DNA of 24,000 bases from Ignatzschineria sp. RMDPL8A (GTDB taxonomy: Bacteria; Pseudomonadota; Gammaproteobacteria; Cardiobacteriales; Wohlfahrtiimonadaceae): NCBI RefSeq assembly GCF_029815055.1, contig NZ_JAPPWA010000001.1, forward strand, positions 113,635-137,634. The letters run 5' to 3'. Positions 8,984-16,913 of the stretch are shown here, one piece after another (position 1 is the first letter of the stretch; the number at the start of each line of letters is the position of its first letter). Position numbers and translations under genes: made by a program. A model generated the notes under the pieces. The model ran no database searches. It had not been told where the DNA came from and saw nothing but the letters and a program-made list of their open reading frames with translations.

Positions 8984-9062
8984 ACTTTTACTTCCTTTAA
9001 ACAACTAAAAATTAACGTTAATTAAGATCATATTACGAACAATACGGTTCATTATAGATGAT

Positions 9063-9716
9063 CTATTCTGCTTCATCAGCAAATAATGATTTTAATAGCG
9101 CCGCTTCTTTCACCACTTGATATTTAAGGCGAAGGCGATTGGTGTGGAAAATCCCTTTTAATTCAGAGAGTGCAAGGTCGAAATCGTCATTGACAATGAC
9201 ATAATCAAAACTGCGGTAATGCTTAATTTGATTCACCGCATCTTTCATTCTTTTTTCGACAATCGCTTCGCTATCTAAATTCCGGTGGATGAGCCGTGCG
9301 CGGAGAATTTCAAGCGAAGGGGGCATAATGAAGATTAATACCGCTTCGGGCATAATCGCTTTGATCGATTTAGCGCCTTGCCAATCAATCACGAGCACCA
9401 CATCTTTCCCTTCGCGAGTCTTCGCTTCTACCGCCTTTTTAGAGGTGCCGTAGTAATTGCCAAACACCTCTGCGTACTCATAAAACCCATCTTGTTCGAT
9501 AAGCGCTTTAAATTCTTCCACTGAGACGAAATGATAATGCTCGCCGTCGATCTCTCCCGCTCTTGGCGCCCGCGTTGTATGCGTTACCACGCGCTCAACA
9601 TAATCGGTCTGATCAATTAATTGATTCACCAACGTTGTTTTACCGCCACCTGAGGGCGATGAGATTACAAAAAGCGTTCCTAAACCATCCCTATTCCGTT
9701 CGTCTATACTGTCCAT
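9063..9716 (-). CDS. gmk: Guanylate kinase
   Basis: The P-loop SSPSGGGKTT, TTRAPRAGEIDGEHYHFVS and FYEYAEVFGNYYGTSK match GMP kinase motifs. It lies upstream of rpoZ-spoT. Confidence 0.95.
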   Translation of the reverse strand: MDSIDERNRDGLGTLFVISSPSGGGKTTLVNQLIDQTDYVERVVTHTTRAPRAGEIDGEHYHFVSVEEFKALIEQDGFYEYAEVFGNYYGTSKKAVEAKTREGKDVVLVIDWQGAKSIKAIMPEAVLIFIMPPSLEILRARLIHRNLDSEAIVEKRMKDAVNQIKHYRSFDYVIVNDDFDLALSELKGIFHTNRLRLKYQVVKEAALLKSLFADEAE

Positions 9717-9897
9717 AAGCCTCTATCTAACGATTACTCTAAAACGATCCAATAATTCCCCTATACTCTACACTAAAATAGGCCGTACGGCATTAAATAT
9801 CGACGAAAAACCCGCGCTTTTCCTTTGATTTTGTCTCAATTTATATTACACTGATTCGATACTTTTACATAAATTATCAATGGAGATTAGGTTAGCG

Positions 9898-10473
9898 ATG
9901 TTAAAGAAAATTCTATTTGGATTAAGTGCTGCTGTGTTAATGAGCTCGCAAGCAATGGCGCAAACTCAACCTCAGCTTGAATATCAACAAAAACACGGTG
10001 ACTGGATGATTACCTGTCATCTAATTGATGAGGCAAAAGAAGTCCGCGACTGCATTATCACAACCGGTACCACCACTAAAGTGGAAACCCCACAAGGTGG
10101 CCAAGAGATCGACGCAGCGCGCGCATCGGTGATCTACATCCAAGATCAACCCACCCTTATTTTAACGGCACTTCCCGGCACGCTTTTACTTCCGGGTATG
10201 AGCATTAATATCGATGGTAAACCGTTAGAGCTTGGTAAAGATAAAATCGAACAACTCTACTTTGAGCGTTGCTTAAACGATGGTTGTATCACAGGGCTTC
10301 CCCTTTCAACAGACGAAATCGTTGCCTCTCTTAAAAAATCAAACACGATGAATCTTAGCTACAACCACGATCTTTTAGGCAAAGGCTTACAAGAGCTTAA
10401 ACTTAAAGTATCGATGAAAGGATTCACCGCAGCCTATGATGATCTTCAAAAACGTATGGGTAAAGCAAAATAA
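9898..10473 (+). CDS. Secreted IalB-like (invasion-associated locus B family) protein
   Basis: The signal peptide MLKKILFGLSAAVLMSSQAMA|Q starts from the ATG at 9898 (the track start at 9880 is also possible). Family-like landmarks are W..TC......C in the first half, F.RC...GC in the second half, and a terminal VSMKGFTAAYDDL (IalB-type vsLkGF.aA...L). The family assignment is from memory of the motif pattern only. Confidence 0.6.
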   Translation: MLKKILFGLSAAVLMSSQAMAQTQPQLEYQQKHGDWMITCHLIDEAKEVRDCIITTGTTTKVETPQGGQEIDAARASVIYIQDQPTLILTALPGTLLLPGMSINIDGKPLELGKDKIEQLYFERCLNDGCITGLPLSTDEIVASLKKSNTMNLSYNHDLLGKGLQELKLKVSMKGFTAAYDDLQKRMGKAK

Positions 10474-10548
10474 GATTGCCCACGAAACGATCAATCTAGA
10501 CTAAAATGAACGCTGGCAGGATGGAGTAATTCGCCTGTCACTTATGAA

Positions 10549-10584
10549 AAATAAGACCGACTGATTCGGTCTTATTTGCTTTTT
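10549..10584 (+). terminator. Intrinsic terminator after the IalB-like gene
   Basis: A perfect 12-bp stem pairs AAATAAGACCGA (10549-10560) with TCGGTCTTATTT (10566-10577). The loop is 5 nt and the stem is followed by GCTTTTTG. Confidence 0.8.
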
Positions 10585-10629
10585 GTATTATAATAATTCT
10601 TTATTCTCACTCAGATTACATAATTAAAA

Positions 10630-12525
10630 ATGGACTATCCTAAACATTTTGGGGTGATCGTCATCGGCGGCGGCCACGCAGGGACAGAAGCGGCCCTTGC
10701 CTCAGCAAGACTTGGCGTCCCCACACTCCTTTTGACACACAATATTGAAACCCTCGGCCAACTGAGCTGTAACCCAGCCATTGGTGGTATCGGGAAAGGG
10801 CAGATCGTCCGCGAAATTGACGCGCTTGGTGGCGCCATGGCGATTGCCACCGATCATGCCGGCATTCAATTTAGAACGCTAAACGCCTCAAAAGGCCCAG
10901 CGGTGCGATCAACTCGTGCCCAAGCGGACCGAACGCTCTATAAACAAGCGATCCGCTCGATCTTAGAAAATCAGCCCAATCTCTATATCTTCCAACAAGC
11001 GGCGGACGATATTATTTTAGAGGGCGATCGTGCGTGCGGCGTTGTCACTCAAACCGGCATTCGCTTTCATAGCTCAACGGTGGTTTTAACCGCAGGAACC
11101 TTCCTTTCAGGGCTAATTCACGTGGGAATGGAGAACTATTCTGGCGGACGCATGGGCGATCCTCCATCGATCTCCCTTGCGCATAAACTTGCCGAGATGA
11201 AACTCCGCAAAGGCCGTTTAAAAACCGGAACCCCACCGCGCATTGACGGGAAAACCATCGACTTTTCCAATATGGATATCCAACCCGGTGATGATCCGGC
11301 GCCGGTCTTCTCTTTCTTAGGCGATGTGTCGCAGCACCCAACGCAAGTGCCCTGCTACACCACCTATACCAATCCGCGCACCCACGAAATTATTCGCGGC
11401 GGTCTTGATCGCTCACCGATGTATGCCGATAATGCGACGATTGAAGGGATTGGCCCGCGTTACTGCCCGTCGGTGGAAGATAAAATCATGAAGTTTGCCG
11501 ATAAAGATCGCCATCATGTATTTTTAGAACCGGAAGGTTTAGATACCCACGAATATTATCCCAATGGGATCTCGACGAGTCTGCCGTTTGATGTGCAAAT
11601 TGAGCTTGTTCACAGCATTGAAGGACTCGAAAACGCGCACATTACCCGCCCTGGATACGCCATTGAGTACGATTTCTACGATCCGCGCGATCTGAAATAT
11701 ACCCTTGAAACCAAAGCGATCGATAACCTCTATTTTGCCGGCCAAATTAATGGAACCACCGGTTATGAAGAGGCAGCCGCTCAAGGATTGCTCGCGGGCT
11801 TAAATGCAGCGCGCCGTTATCTGGAAAAAGAGGCGTGGTATCCACAGCGTCATGAATCCTACATTGGCGTTATGATCGATGATCTCATCTCGCTTGGGGT
11901 GAAAGAGCCGTACCGCATGTTTACCTCGCGGGCAGAATATCGCCTCCTTCTCCGTGAAGATAATGCCGATCAACGCTTAACGCCGATTGGCCGAGAGCTT
12001 GGGCTAGTCGATGATTATCGTTGGCAGAAATTTGAAGAGAAAGAGGAAGCGATTGCACAAGCTGACCAATTTATGAAAGATTGGCTCATCGACATTCGCA
12101 CCGATTCTGGGAAAGCGATTCAAGAGGAGACCGGCGTCTCCCTCTCGCAAAATATCAAAGCGCTTCACCTCTTAAAACGTCCGCAAGTGCATCTTGAGCA
12201 TCTGATGGCGCTTGAGGAAGGTCAACCCCTTCACCAATATTCTACGGATGTGTTACAAAAAATTGAAATTCAGGCAAAATATGAGGGATATATTAATCGC
12301 GGGCTTGATGATATTGAACGCAATCAACGCTTTGAAAATGCGCCATTGCCAGCCAATATTGACTATCACGCGATTAAAGGACTGTCTGCTGAGATTCAAG
12401 AAAAGCTCGCAACTGCGCAGCCTGAAACCCTCGGACAAGCTTCACGCATTCAAGGCGTCACCCCTACGGCGGTATCGCTTCTTTTAGTGCACCTTCGCAA
12501 AGGACGCCTCCCTACGGTGAAATAA
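10630..12525 (+). CDS. mnmG: tRNA uridine 5-carboxymethylaminomethyl modification enzyme MnmG (GidA)
   Basis: The FAD-binding N-terminus is [68 protein letters not shown] and [12 protein letters not shown] are also present. The protein is full length at 631 aa. Confidence 0.97.
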   Translation: MDYPKHFGVIVIGGGHAGTEAALASARLGVPTLLLTHNIETLGQLSCNPAIGGIGKGQIVREIDALGGAMAIATDHAGIQFRTLNASKGPAVRSTRAQADRTLYKQAIRSILENQPNLYIFQQAADDIILEGDRACGVVTQTGIRFHSSTVVLTAGTFLSGLIHVGMENYSGGRMGDPPSISLAHKLAEMKLRKGRLKTGTPPRIDGKTIDFSNMDIQPGDDPAPVFSFLGDVSQHPTQVPCYTTYTNPRTHEIIRGGLDRSPMYADNATIEGIGPRYCPSVEDKIMKFADKDRHHVFLEPEGLDTHEYYPNGISTSLPFDVQIELVHSIEGLENAHITRPGYAIEYDFYDPRDLKYTLETKAIDNLYFAGQINGTTGYEEAAAQGLLAGLNAARRYLEKEAWYPQRHESYIGVMIDDLISLGVKEPYRMFTSRAEYRLLLREDNADQRLTPIGRELGLVDDYRWQKFEEKEEAIAQADQFMKDWLIDIRTDSGKAIQEETGVSLSQNIKALHLLKRPQVHLEHLMALEEGQPLHQYSTDVLQKIEIQAKYEGYINRGLDDIERNQRFENAPLPANIDYHAIKGLSAEIQEKLATAQPETLGQASRIQGVTPTAVSLLLVHLRKGRLPTVK

Positions 12526-12541
12526 GGATAATGGATTTATA

Positions 12542-15500
12542 ATGAAGAAACGCCTATTAACACTACTGACCGCTTCACTACTCTCCCTCTCAGTACAACA
12601 AGGATTTGCGGAAAACGCGCCAAAACTTGCTGTCAAAGGCGATATCGGGGCCTTAAGTGCGCTTAGCCTCGATGAGCTTGCCTACCGAGATGATCTTGGG
12701 TTTACCCTGCTCGATTACGCTATGATCGAGAATGATCCGGAAGTGGTGCGCTGGCTAAGACAGCACGGCGTGCGGTCAGGCGTTAATACGGTGCTCATTC
12801 AAAAGATGCAGCATTGGCTTAATCTGCTCGACTATCCCGTCGATAATTTTGCCGGCGTTTTCAATCCATCGATCCAACAGAGCGTCATTGCCTATAAATC
12901 CGCAAAGAATTTTGAGGCGAGCAATCGGATTACCCCCGATTGGTTTGAAGGACTTGAAGAAGAGGCGATTAAAGAGGCGCAGCGTCTTTTAAACAGTATG
13001 GGCGAGGATCTGAAACTCTCAGGTCTTCTCGATCGCGATACCGTAGCAGCGCTCGATAATTTTGCCGGTGCCTATCAAAATATCCCGCAGATGAATTACG
13101 CCACCTTCCGCCTTCTTAAAGAGACCGCGCAAGGCCTTATGAAAGAGCGTGGCTCTGAGACCCTTGAGGTAGAGATTGAAGAGGAATATGATCTTCCCCC
13201 GGAGGATCTTCAACTTGGCGCTGTCTCGGATGCGGATTTAGTGGAAGCAGCCGATGCCTCGCTCACTCAAAAAGCGCAAGCGGAAGCCCGTCTCTCTAAA
13301 AATGGCAATCTTCCGCCCGATGAGGTGTCGATTCGCTATCTCAATCACACCACCAATGAAAAGCTCGATCCAGAGACCCAAACGCTGGTGCTCAATAGGA
13401 TCGATGCGGTGGTTAATAACGCGCCCTCCAATAAAATTCTAACGATTCAAACGTGGCTCAAAATCATCGGCTTTTTTGATCATAAAGTCGATGGTATGAC
13501 GGGGCCGACAACTCGCAGTGCCATTCGTGATTATCAAGCGCATATTGGGCAAAAACCGACAGGGATTCCCGACACCAAATGGGAAGTCCCGCTTGAAAAA
13601 GAGGTGCGCAAAAAACTGCAAAAACGCCTCAAACAGCTCGATTTTTATCACGATGATGTCAATGGAGTCAATAATTTTAGCACCCGCGCGGCAACCATTG
13701 CTTACGAGCGCTTCCACGGGCTCGATGAGCTCGGCAATCTATCGCCCCGCCTGCTCATGTTCCTCTTTAGAGATAAAGAGCTCATTGATTACGGCGTGCG
13801 TTTTAAGAAAACTCCGATCGCAGAAGCCGATAGATCAACCGCAAATCAAAAAAATGCCAATGTTTCAAGCGTTCCAACGGCGCCCACCCCGATTCCTGTG
13901 GCTCGCGCGGAGAGTGATGAGACAATAGAGGACACTCCTCAAGCCGCTCCGATTGAATCAATCGCAACTGATTTAACCGCTAAGGCAGAAACCACAACAC
14001 CCGAAACGGTAACGCCAGAAAAGTCGGTGACACTAACCCCGGTTCCTGAAAAACAAGCGGAAACCGACACCTCTCTTACCGAGATCGAATCCATTGAAGC
14101 ACTCGAAGAGGAAGAGGATGCAGAAACAGAGGAAATTATTCATCTCATCGGCGATCTTGATGAGGTTGATGAAAACCCCATCAGTGAAGCATCAGATGAT
14201 GAAGAAATCGATGAAACACCTCGTCTTACCGAGTTTGAGCATTCGATCGATGAGATCAAAAAAACCATCTTTGATGCCCACTCCAACACCCTATTAAATC
14301 GTCAAGTATGGCTGCGTATCATGGGGCATTTCCCCTATGCGCTCGATGGAGCGATGGGTCCGCAAACCCGCGAGGGAATCACCTCGTACGAAACCTCCAT
14401 TGGCGTTGAACCCACCGGAAAACTTGCGCCTAAATGGGAAGCTCGTCTTGAAAAAGATGTGCGTAAAAAAGTGCAGGCGCGCTTAAAAGAAAAAGGCTTT
14501 TATGAGGGCGATGTTGATGGACTCAATGGCCCCGGAACGCGCAGCGCAATTCGCGCCTATGAGGCCTCGAAAAAGCTCCCCGAAACCGGTCTTTTATCAC
14601 CGCTCTTTTTAATGGTGCTCTACAACGTCGATGACTTAAATCCCACCGACAAAGATCTCGCCGTTTTCTTTGAGCGCGAGGGCATTCAGATTAAAGGCTA
14701 TAAACCCGGCGGCAGCGATAAGCTCACCTTGCAACAATTGATGCTCGCCTATACCGGCGACTATATTGAAGTGATCGACGGTAAAGAGGGCCCGGCGACA
14801 GACGAAGCGGTTAAACGTTTCCAAGCGCGCTATCATCTGCAGATCGATGGTAAAATCGGCGGCGATACCGAACGCCGTTTAACCCGTGAAGTGATCAATA
14901 CCTTCCAGCGCTTCCTCAAAAAAGAGGGCTATATGGAGGATGACCCGACCGGATCACTCGGCCCTAAAACCAAACGCGCCGTCCGTGAACTGAAAGAGCG
15001 AAGCGGGATTCCCGTCAATGATGAGCTCGACATTCCATTTATGCTTGTTGCCATTGATGGACTTGCCGGCACGACCCTCAGTGATGATTATCTCGCTGAG
15101 TTAAAATCAGCCAAAGCGGAAGAAGAACGCCTGCAAACTGCGCAAGCTTATCTCATTGGGCTCAATCTTCTCACTGGTAAAGCCGATGGCGTCGACGGCC
15201 CGGCAACGCAAAATGCGGTGCGCCGTTTCCGTCAACAAGAAAAATTACTGGCAGGCACCCACGTTAATGAAGCGTTAATGCCCTTCTTAGAAGAAGCCGC
15301 GCTTAAAAAAGGCCAGTCATACCTACAGCAACTGGGGTATTCCATTAAACCGGATGGAAAAATGGGCCCGAATACGAAAAAGCAACTTCATGCTTTCTTA
15401 ACCAGTAAAAAGATGCCGGTGAGTGATGTGATTACCGCTGAGATCTTAATTGAACTGAAAAATGAGGCGAATAAAAAACGCGCCATTAGCAATCAACGTG

Positions 15501-15790
15501 CGCCACAAGCGGTTCAAGGACAAGCGGCAAGCCGCGGCTCGGCACCGAAAGGCACTATGCCAAAACTTGAAAAAGGCAATCAAGAGGAAGGGATTTTAAG
15601 CTCAGCCCCCAATAAGAGCCTCTCAACCTCTGGAAAACTGAAGATCGTTCGCAACAAATCGGGCCAAATTATGGGCTGCCAAGTGGGCAATGTCTCTATG
15701 GGGGCAAACTACTGCAGCAATTACCGTAACGGGCAAAACTGTACCGTGGTCTACCGTCAAGGACGCGTGATTAGCCTTCGCTGTAAATAA
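12542..15790 (+). CDS. Large secreted protein (1082 aa): signal peptide, possible ankyrin-like segment, ~10 peptidoglycan-binding (PG_binding_1-like) repeats, an acidic/Thr-Pro linker and a C-terminal 4-Cys module
   Basis: The signal peptide is MKKRLLTLLTASLLSLSVQQGFA|E. A recurrent motif (hydrophobic)-x-LG(F/Y)...DG..GP.T..A(I/V)..(Y/F)Q occurs about ten times, for example VDGMTGPTTRSAIRDYQ, LDGAMGPQTREGITSYE, VDGLNGPGTRSAIRAYE, IDGKEGPATDEAVKRFQ, ADGVDGPATQNAVRRFRQ and PDGKMGPNTKKQLHAF. I recognise no catalytic motif. It starts 16 nt after the mnmG stop with no terminator between them. Confidence 0.85.
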   Translation: MKKRLLTLLTASLLSLSVQQGFAENAPKLAVKGDIGALSALSLDELAYRDDLGFTLLDYAMIENDPEVVRWLRQHGVRSGVNTVLIQKMQHWLNLLDYPVDNFAGVFNPSIQQSVIAYKSAKNFEASNRITPDWFEGLEEEAIKEAQRLLNSMGEDLKLSGLLDRDTVAALDNFAGAYQNIPQMNYATFRLLKETAQGLMKERGSETLEVEIEEEYDLPPEDLQLGAVSDADLVEAADASLTQKAQAEARLSKNGNLPPDEVSIRYLNHTTNEKLDPETQTLVLNRIDAVVNNAPSNKILTIQTWLKIIGFFDHKVDGMTGPTTRSAIRDYQAHIGQKPTGIPDTKWEVPLEKEVRKKLQKRLKQLDFYHDDVNGVNNFSTRAATIAYERFHGLDELGNLSPRLLMFLFRDKELIDYGVRFKKTPIAEADRSTANQKNANVSSVPTAPTPIPVARAESDETIEDTPQAAPIESIATDLTAKAETTTPETVTPEKSVTLTPVPEKQAETDTSLTEIESIEALEEEEDAETEEIIHLIGDLDEVDENPISEASDDEEIDETPRLTEFEHSIDEIKKTIFDAHSNTLLNRQVWLRIMGHFPYALDGAMGPQTREGITSYETSIGVEPTGKLAPKWEARLEKDVRKKVQARLKEKGFYEGDVDGLNGPGTRSAIRAYEASKKLPETGLLSPLFLMVLYNVDDLNPTDKDLAVFFEREGIQIKGYKPGGSDKLTLQQLMLAYTGDYIEVIDGKEGPATDEAVKRFQARYHLQIDGKIGGDTERRLTREVINTFQRFLKKEGYMEDDPTGSLGPKTKRAVRELKERSGIPVNDELDIPFMLVAIDGLAGTTLSDDYLAELKSAKAEEERLQTAQAYLIGLNLLTGKADGVDGPATQNAVRRFRQQEKLLAGTHVNEALMPFLEEAALKKGQSYLQQLGYSIKPDGKMGPNTKKQLHAFLTSKKMPVSDVITAEILIELKNEANKKRAISNQRAPQAVQGQAASRGSAPKGTMPKLEKGNQEEGILSSAPNKSLSTSGKLKIVRNKSGQIMGCQVGNVSMGANYCSNYRNGQNCTVVYRQGRVISLRCK
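13436..13768 (+). repeat. Copy A of a ~110-aa double PG-binding module (in-frame protein-level repeat)
   Basis: ILTIQTWLKIIGFFDHKVDGMTGPTTRSAIRDYQAHIGQKPTGIPDTKWEVPLEKEVRKKLQKRLKQLDFYHDDVNGVNNFSTRAATIAYERFHGLDELGNLSPRLLMFLF aligns without gaps to copy B. Confidence 0.8.
14291..14623 (+). repeat. Copy B of the ~110-aa double PG-binding module
   Basis: The sequence is LLNRQVWLRIMGHFPYALDGAMGPQTREGITSYETSIGVEPTGKLAPKWEARLEKDVRKKVQARLKEKGFYEGDVDGLNGPGTRSAIRAYEASKKLPETGLLSPLFLMVLY. By hand alignment, roughly half of the positions are identical to copy A. Short DNA-level matches also remain (aaatgggaag, cttgaaaaaga). Confidence 0.8.
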
Positions 15791-15822
15791 AAATCAATAA
15801 CCATAAACAGAGCCGTAAACAG

Positions 15823-15873
15823 AAAAGCCTCGCTGAGATTGGATTCATCTTGAACCGCAGACGAGGCTTTTTT
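15823..15873. terminator. Bidirectional intrinsic terminator shared by the convergent PG-binding-repeat gene and birA
   Basis: AAAAGCCTCGCTG (15823-15835) pairs with CAGACGAGGCTTTT (15858-15871) with one bulged base. T-runs follow on both strands: TTTTTATT on plus and TTTTCTGTTT on minus. Confidence 0.7.
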
Positions 15874-15896
15874 ATTGCTGTTGATTTAAGGATATT

Positions 15897-16862
15897 TTAT
15901 TCCGCCGGGCGCAGCGATAATTCTCCTGAATAGATCGAATGCAGTTTGCCATCCTCATCCATAAATTGAAGCGCACCATCTCCATCAACACCAAGCTCTT
16001 GCCCATAGATGACGGAATCCCCTGAGATCACCTTCACTCGGGTATTTAATAACGCACTATAATCGGGCCAACGTTCATCAATGCGGAGCGATTCTCCCTG
16101 TGCGATGCGCTCGCAACTTTCATACAGTTTTTGCGCCAATAGCGCTGCCATAGAGTTACGGTCAAGGGGCGTGCCTAACAGCGTTTCACAGGAGGTCGCG
16201 TTATAACTTGCCGAGAGAGTTTCCCGCATGGTGTGATTATTAAGCCCAATGCCGATCACAACCATCACGCTCCCTTCTCGGGGGAACGTTTCGAGCAAAA
16301 TACCGGCGAGTTTTTCCCCTTGAACCCAAATATCATTAGGCCATTTAAGATTTGCATCGATCCCAAACGCGCGCAAAACTTCCACTAAATCCATACCAAC
16401 CTGCAGGCTAAGTGGACTTAAACGCGCATAATCATCAAGCTTAAAGGGATAGCGTAGTGAAAAATAGAGACTTCGCCCAAGAGGAGAACTCCATTCACGA
16501 CCTTGCCGGCCGCGGCCTGAACTCTGCTTTTCCGCCACACAGAGCGCCGCAGAATCGAGCGGATCAACGGCGAGCACTGCTTTATTGGTGGAGTCGGTAT
16601 CAAAAAGCACCTCAACCGCCACCGGAATCTCGCAAGCTTGAAGACGCGTACTAATCGCCTCTTGATTGAGCGGCGTATAGGGAGAGATACGATCAATCCA
16701 CTCGCCCTCTCGCGTATAAAATCCGCCTTGAGCTTGAATCGTATCAAACACCTTCTCGCCCACCTCATATGAGATACCCTGCGCCTCACACCATTTTGGT
16801 AATGAGAGCGATGATTGCTCTGCTAGCGCTAAAAAGAGGGCGCGCTCAAGCTCGATCGTCAT
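15897..16862 (-). CDS. birA: Biotin--[acetyl-CoA-carboxylase] ligase, probably with an N-terminal winged-helix (BirA-type) domain
   Basis: The biotin-binding loop GRGRQGREWSSPLGRSLYFS and KWPNDIWVQGEKLAGILLE match the BirA signatures GRGRRGRKW and KWPNDL...KLAGILVE. About 75 aa precede the catalytic core, the same length as the E. coli HTH domain. I place the start at the ATG at 16862 (AAGGAG upstream) because the longer track ORF (to 16901) would run through a terminator hairpin. Confidence 0.88.
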   Translation of the reverse strand: MTIELERALFLALAEQSSLSLPKWCEAQGISYEVGEKVFDTIQAQGGFYTREGEWIDRISPYTPLNQEAISTRLQACEIPVAVEVLFDTDSTNKAVLAVDPLDSAALCVAEKQSSGRGRQGREWSSPLGRSLYFSLRYPFKLDDYARLSPLSLQVGMDLVEVLRAFGIDANLKWPNDIWVQGEKLAGILLETFPREGSVMVVIGIGLNNHTMRETLSASYNATSCETLLGTPLDRNSMAALLAQKLYESCERIAQGESLRIDERWPDYSALLNTRVKVISGDSVIYGQELGVDGDGALQFMDEDGKLHSIYSGELSLRPAE

Positions 16863-16884
16863 AATCTCTATTTTCTCCTTGCAA

Positions 16885-16913
16885 TAAAAAAGAGCCATCA
16901 AAAATGATAGCTC
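16885..16913 (-). terminator. Intrinsic terminator after the aspC / small-ORF transcript, ~22 nt upstream of the birA start
   Basis: The minus strand reads GAGCTATCA-TTTT-TGATGGCTC followed by TTTTTTATT. The stem is 9 bp with one G.U pair and a tetraloop. Confidence 0.7.

Noticed and set aside
10474-10629. Possible oriC next to mnmG (gidA), as in E. coli
   Set aside because: The gap is only 156 bp, and most of it is taken up by a terminator. I saw no cluster of TTATCCACA-type DnaA boxes and no AT-rich 13-mer repeats. The closest match, TTATTCTCA, is a single imperfect box.
12531-12542. Three-codon mini-ORF ATG GAT TTA TAA whose stop overlaps the ATG of the large gene (TAATG)
   Set aside because: The nearest SD-like AAGGA lies only 2 nt from this ATG, so initiation there is unlikely. 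It is probably coincidental.
13019-14836. Several 60-136-aa ORFs in other frames or strands inside the PG-binding-repeat gene (e.g. 13518-13928)
   Set aside because: They sit within a long ORF whose own frame carries a repeated, recognisable domain motif. The alternative frames are Arg/Ser/Lys-rich noise.
16418-16789. 123-aa minus-strand ORF in a different frame of birA, and the 65-aa plus-strand ORF (16457-16654)
   Set aside because: The birA frame carries the GRGRxGRxW and KWPND signatures. The alternative frames are Arg-rich shadow ORFs.
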